Notes under the pieces: model-generated
What the model saw: only the letters and a program-made list of their open reading frames with translations
Database searches by the model: none
What the model was told of the DNA's origin: nothing
Program-made: the position numbers and the translations under genes
In this document: positions 60,701 to 64,000 of the stretch, piece after piece
Layout: each line of letters starts with the position of its first letter
How positions within the stretch are numbered: position 1 is the first letter of the stretch
Assembly: GCF_018350175.1 (NCBI RefSeq)
Contig: NC_058373.1
Location: 114,826,001-114,890,000, forward strand
DNA length: 64,000 nt
Reading direction: 5' to 3'
Origin: Felis catus
Lineage: Eukaryota

Positions 60701-63700
60701 CCCATTTGTTCTCTGTGTTTTTCTCCCCTGTTGATTATACTTGAGACAGGGACAATATTTAGGTATTCATTCCTTTGCTCATTCATTCGTTCCTTTATTC
60801 AGCAGACATCCACTCAGTACCTACCACGTGCCAGGTGCTGGGAGCCCAAAGGTGGGGAGCTCACCTTCTAGTGGAAAGGAAAGAGAAGGAAAGCACGGAC
60901 ATCAGTGTCACGTGATGCAGGAATTGCACAAAGAGCTCCAAGTGCCTTCGTCCCCTCCAGAAAGGGCAGCAGTACGCCTCCCATCCAGAGGCTCCAACTG
61001 GCTCCAAGCCCAGGATCTTGGGTCTCTCGGGCTGATCCAGATATAGCTCCTCATAGTCCTGAAGCCTAGAGCCAAAGGATGCATTTACCCCTCGCCAACG
61101 TGCTTAGTAAGCAGTGTGGGTGGGAAAACAGGAGAACAGCTACACACTTCCCCTTTAGAAGAGGGGAGAAGGGGAATAGCATTCACTGGTCACCAATCCA
61201 TGATGCATGCGCCATCTCTGGACTGTTCCAGCTAGGCTTGGGATGGGATGAAGTTCCTTGGCCCATGCTCCAGCTACCCGTGATCTGATTGAGGGTGGGG
61301 ATATCTCTTCATGATCTTCCATGGCCATGTCTGGCATGGGGTGGGGAGCAAGGAGGGGTGATCTGGACTCCTAGATTTCTTTTCTGGGGTCCATACTGCT
61401 TTTTGTTGATTTCTATCTTTCCAGCCTCTTCCACAGTGTCTGCACGTACTAGACTTTCAGGAAATATTTGTTGATTTAGCACTAGCGGTACGCCCATAGG
61501 ACACCACTGTGGATGCGCGGGGCAGGGGTCTCAGTCAGGCTGTGGAGCATCAAGGGGAGGGGCACATCGGGGATGACCCCCGGATGTGTTGCCTGGAGGA
61601 CCAGGGGGTTCGCCCTGCCCCCCTCTGCAAAAGGCAACACAGGAGAAGCAGCAGCTTTGCTGATCAGTGAGGAATTTGTTTTGAGGTGTTGGGTTAGAGG
61701 TACCCATGGGACATTCAAAGGTCTGCAAGTCTCAAGATCAAAGAACAGGGCCACAGGAAATGAGCTGCAGGTGTGGGCGTGTAAACGGGGGTTGGATACC
61801 AGGTAGAAGAGTTCTGGGTGGTGCCTGCCGGGTAAGGCCAGGGAGGCGCTGGATAGAGGAAATTAAAGCCCCGCAGAGGTCACATCCTACCCTTCCTCAG
61901 TGTCTCCTCCACTTCGGCTGACTCAGGGCCAACTAATGTTTCAGCTCCCAGCCCCAGAGACGCTGGGTCAACGTGAAAGCAGAGCTAAGACCTCTGGGAG
62001 GGAGTAGGAACTGTGTTTCCACGGCACCCCTCTTCACAAGGTGGCTCACAAGTGAAGGGTCTAACCATGGAGGACAGTTGGAGCAGCAGAGGCTATGGAT
62101 CTGCTGAGGGAGCAGCAGGCATTTCTGGACATCTTTGAGGGTGTTTAGCTTAGTTTTGAGGCCCTGAAGGGACTAAGCCCTTTAAGGCAGGAAGGCAGCT
62201 GGCTGGGGATGGGGGAAGCACCTCTTCCTTCTGGAGCACGGGAGTGCTCAGTGGCGCTCTGCTCAATGAATGGGTGGCTGGATGAAGGAGTGAGTGAATT
62301 CAAGCGTTCTTAAATGAATGGATGATCAGATGGGCCTTGGAACTTGCAGAGGGGTGTCCCAGTGCCTGGTAGATGGGCCACTCTTAATCAATGTTTATTG
62401 GGCGATGGGTGAGTGTGGGATGAGGGCCCAGAGGTTTCCTGAGCCCGCAGAGTGGCCAGAAGTCCTAAATAAATAAACACGGTTATTTCCCACAGTTGAC
62501 TTGCAGGATAATAAAGCGGCATCCTCTCCCTTCGGGAGCTTTCTGCACTTCTTCTTTTATTTTGCCTCAGCCATCAACTGGAGGCTGCTTTCCATTTCTC
62601 TGACCTGTGCTGGGAAGGATGCGGGGGGAGGGCAGGGGGGAGGCAGAGTTAGCACCCCACCTTCTCCCAGGTGGGAAGGACCCAGAGGACCTCTTGTGTT
62701 CACTCTCAAAGTTGCACATCCTTCTAGCAATCCAAGACTCAAGTCAGAACAGTCTCCCCTGCCCTCTCCCTCCCTCCTTCCGTCTTTCCTGAAATGGATT
62801 TCCAGTCCAGGGGGGCTGTGCCACATCTGTCCAGTCCCTGGCATGGCGCCAACTCTGAATACCGCAGTGGCGCAGCTGTGGTCACCATCCTGAGCATGTG
62901 TGCATAGCGTGGGGCTGGGCCCAGTGGACACGAGGAAACCTCCCTCACTGGCTCTGCCCTTAGGGGGCTCAGGGACTGGCTCCCAGGACAGGATGAAGCT
63001 GGAGGCTGGAACCCTACAGGGAGGCAGCTTTGATGGAGATACTCCTGGAGCCTTCTGCACTCTTGTGTCATGAGGCTGGGGGCTAGGCTCCCAGGGGGAC
63101 ACGGAGGCCCCGGGCCACCGTGGATGTGCTCCAGAATCACCCAACACCTCGCTCTCCTCTTCCCCAGGTCCGGCCGCCTTCCAGGGACCATCCCTCTAGA
63201 GCTAGACCTGTGATGGGGTCCTCATGCAGAGGATCTATGTATGGGCGATCCTCACCCACCTTCCTGCTGCCTCTGGGGGCCCACAGCTCCCGCCCAGGCT
63301 GCCGGTCAGGCAGAAGGGTTGTAGTTGGGATGCCTCATGGTTGGTGATATTTCAAAGCACGCTGGGAAACATCCGGCCAGCAGCTTGGTTCAAATAATGA
63401 GATGTCAGGATCCATCTATCTATCCATTCATCTCAGATGTGTCCTTCCCCCAGGTCTTTCGTGGGGGGACTTTGGGACCACAGAGTGGGGTGTGGCCAAG
63501 AGGAGAGAGGCTGGGCCATGGCATCTGTCATCCATCACTCCCCAGCTCTTAGCACCTGTGAGCCAGCAGCTCTGACACAGGGCTACTCCAGCAGCACCTC
63601 ACAAGTCCCCGAGAATATGCATCATTGTCTGCGTTTGCCTTCTAGCAGCTCTGGCACGAGCCTGGAGGGGCCTGCTTGTCCTCACAGGTAGTTCTCTGTG

Positions 63701-64000
63701 CAGCAGCTTGTCCGAGCTCTGGGCGTTTCACCGATCAGGCACTTCCTACATGCCGAGCCGGTGTCAGGCCAAGTTCATCCATAGGAGGCCGCAGGCTGCT
63801 TGACAACCTCCAGCTTGTTTGGTGGTCCCCTCAGGACCCCTCATCTTGGGAGTCGCCTTCTCCAAATCCCGCAAAGAGCACCGGTCAAGAGAATGACCTT
63901 CAGGGTCAGAACAACCAGTTTGAATCCAGAACCTGTGACTTACTAACACTGACCTTGGGTTTAGAAAAAAAAAAATAGATTTCTTTTTCTTCCTAGAGCA

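Larger units (their letters stand above)
4746..64000 (+). other. GALNT16: GALNT16 intron 1 (continues past the window end)
   Basis: Canonical GTGAGT donor at 4746. No glycosyltransferase-like coding sequence is recognisable downstream; content is repeat-rich. Confidence 0.8.

Noticed and set aside
4746..64000. Search for GALNT16 exon 2 or a nested gene, retrocopy or small RNA gene
   Set aside because: None recognised by eye. A short exon or small RNA could be missed without alignment or covariance-model searches.

Overview
Mammalian genomic DNA, very likely from a felid (cat family), judged from about 37 felid-type tRNA-derived CAN-SINEs and carnivore-type L1 3' ends. The only protein-coding sequence I can support is the first coding exon of GALNT16 (polypeptide GalNAc-transferase 16; + strand, 4569-4745, 59 codons, phase-0 GT donor). 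It lies in a CpG-island promoter (about 3860-5790). Everything downstream appears to be intron 1; I did not recognise exon 2 in the window. The intron contains CAN-SINEs, MIR, L2, L1, LTR and DNA-transposon relics. The remaining ORFs in the track are spurious or repeat-derived. I see no evidence of a new biological system. The best leads are: two micro-rearrangements with templated-repair signatures, a pair of RFX X-boxes, a candidate poison cassette exon, repeated SINE insertion at one target site, a three-layer LTR/L1 nest, and closely spaced inverted SINE pairs. Repeat family names come from recalled consensus features, not from an alignment. Their boundaries are approximate unless a target-site duplication (TSD) is quoted.
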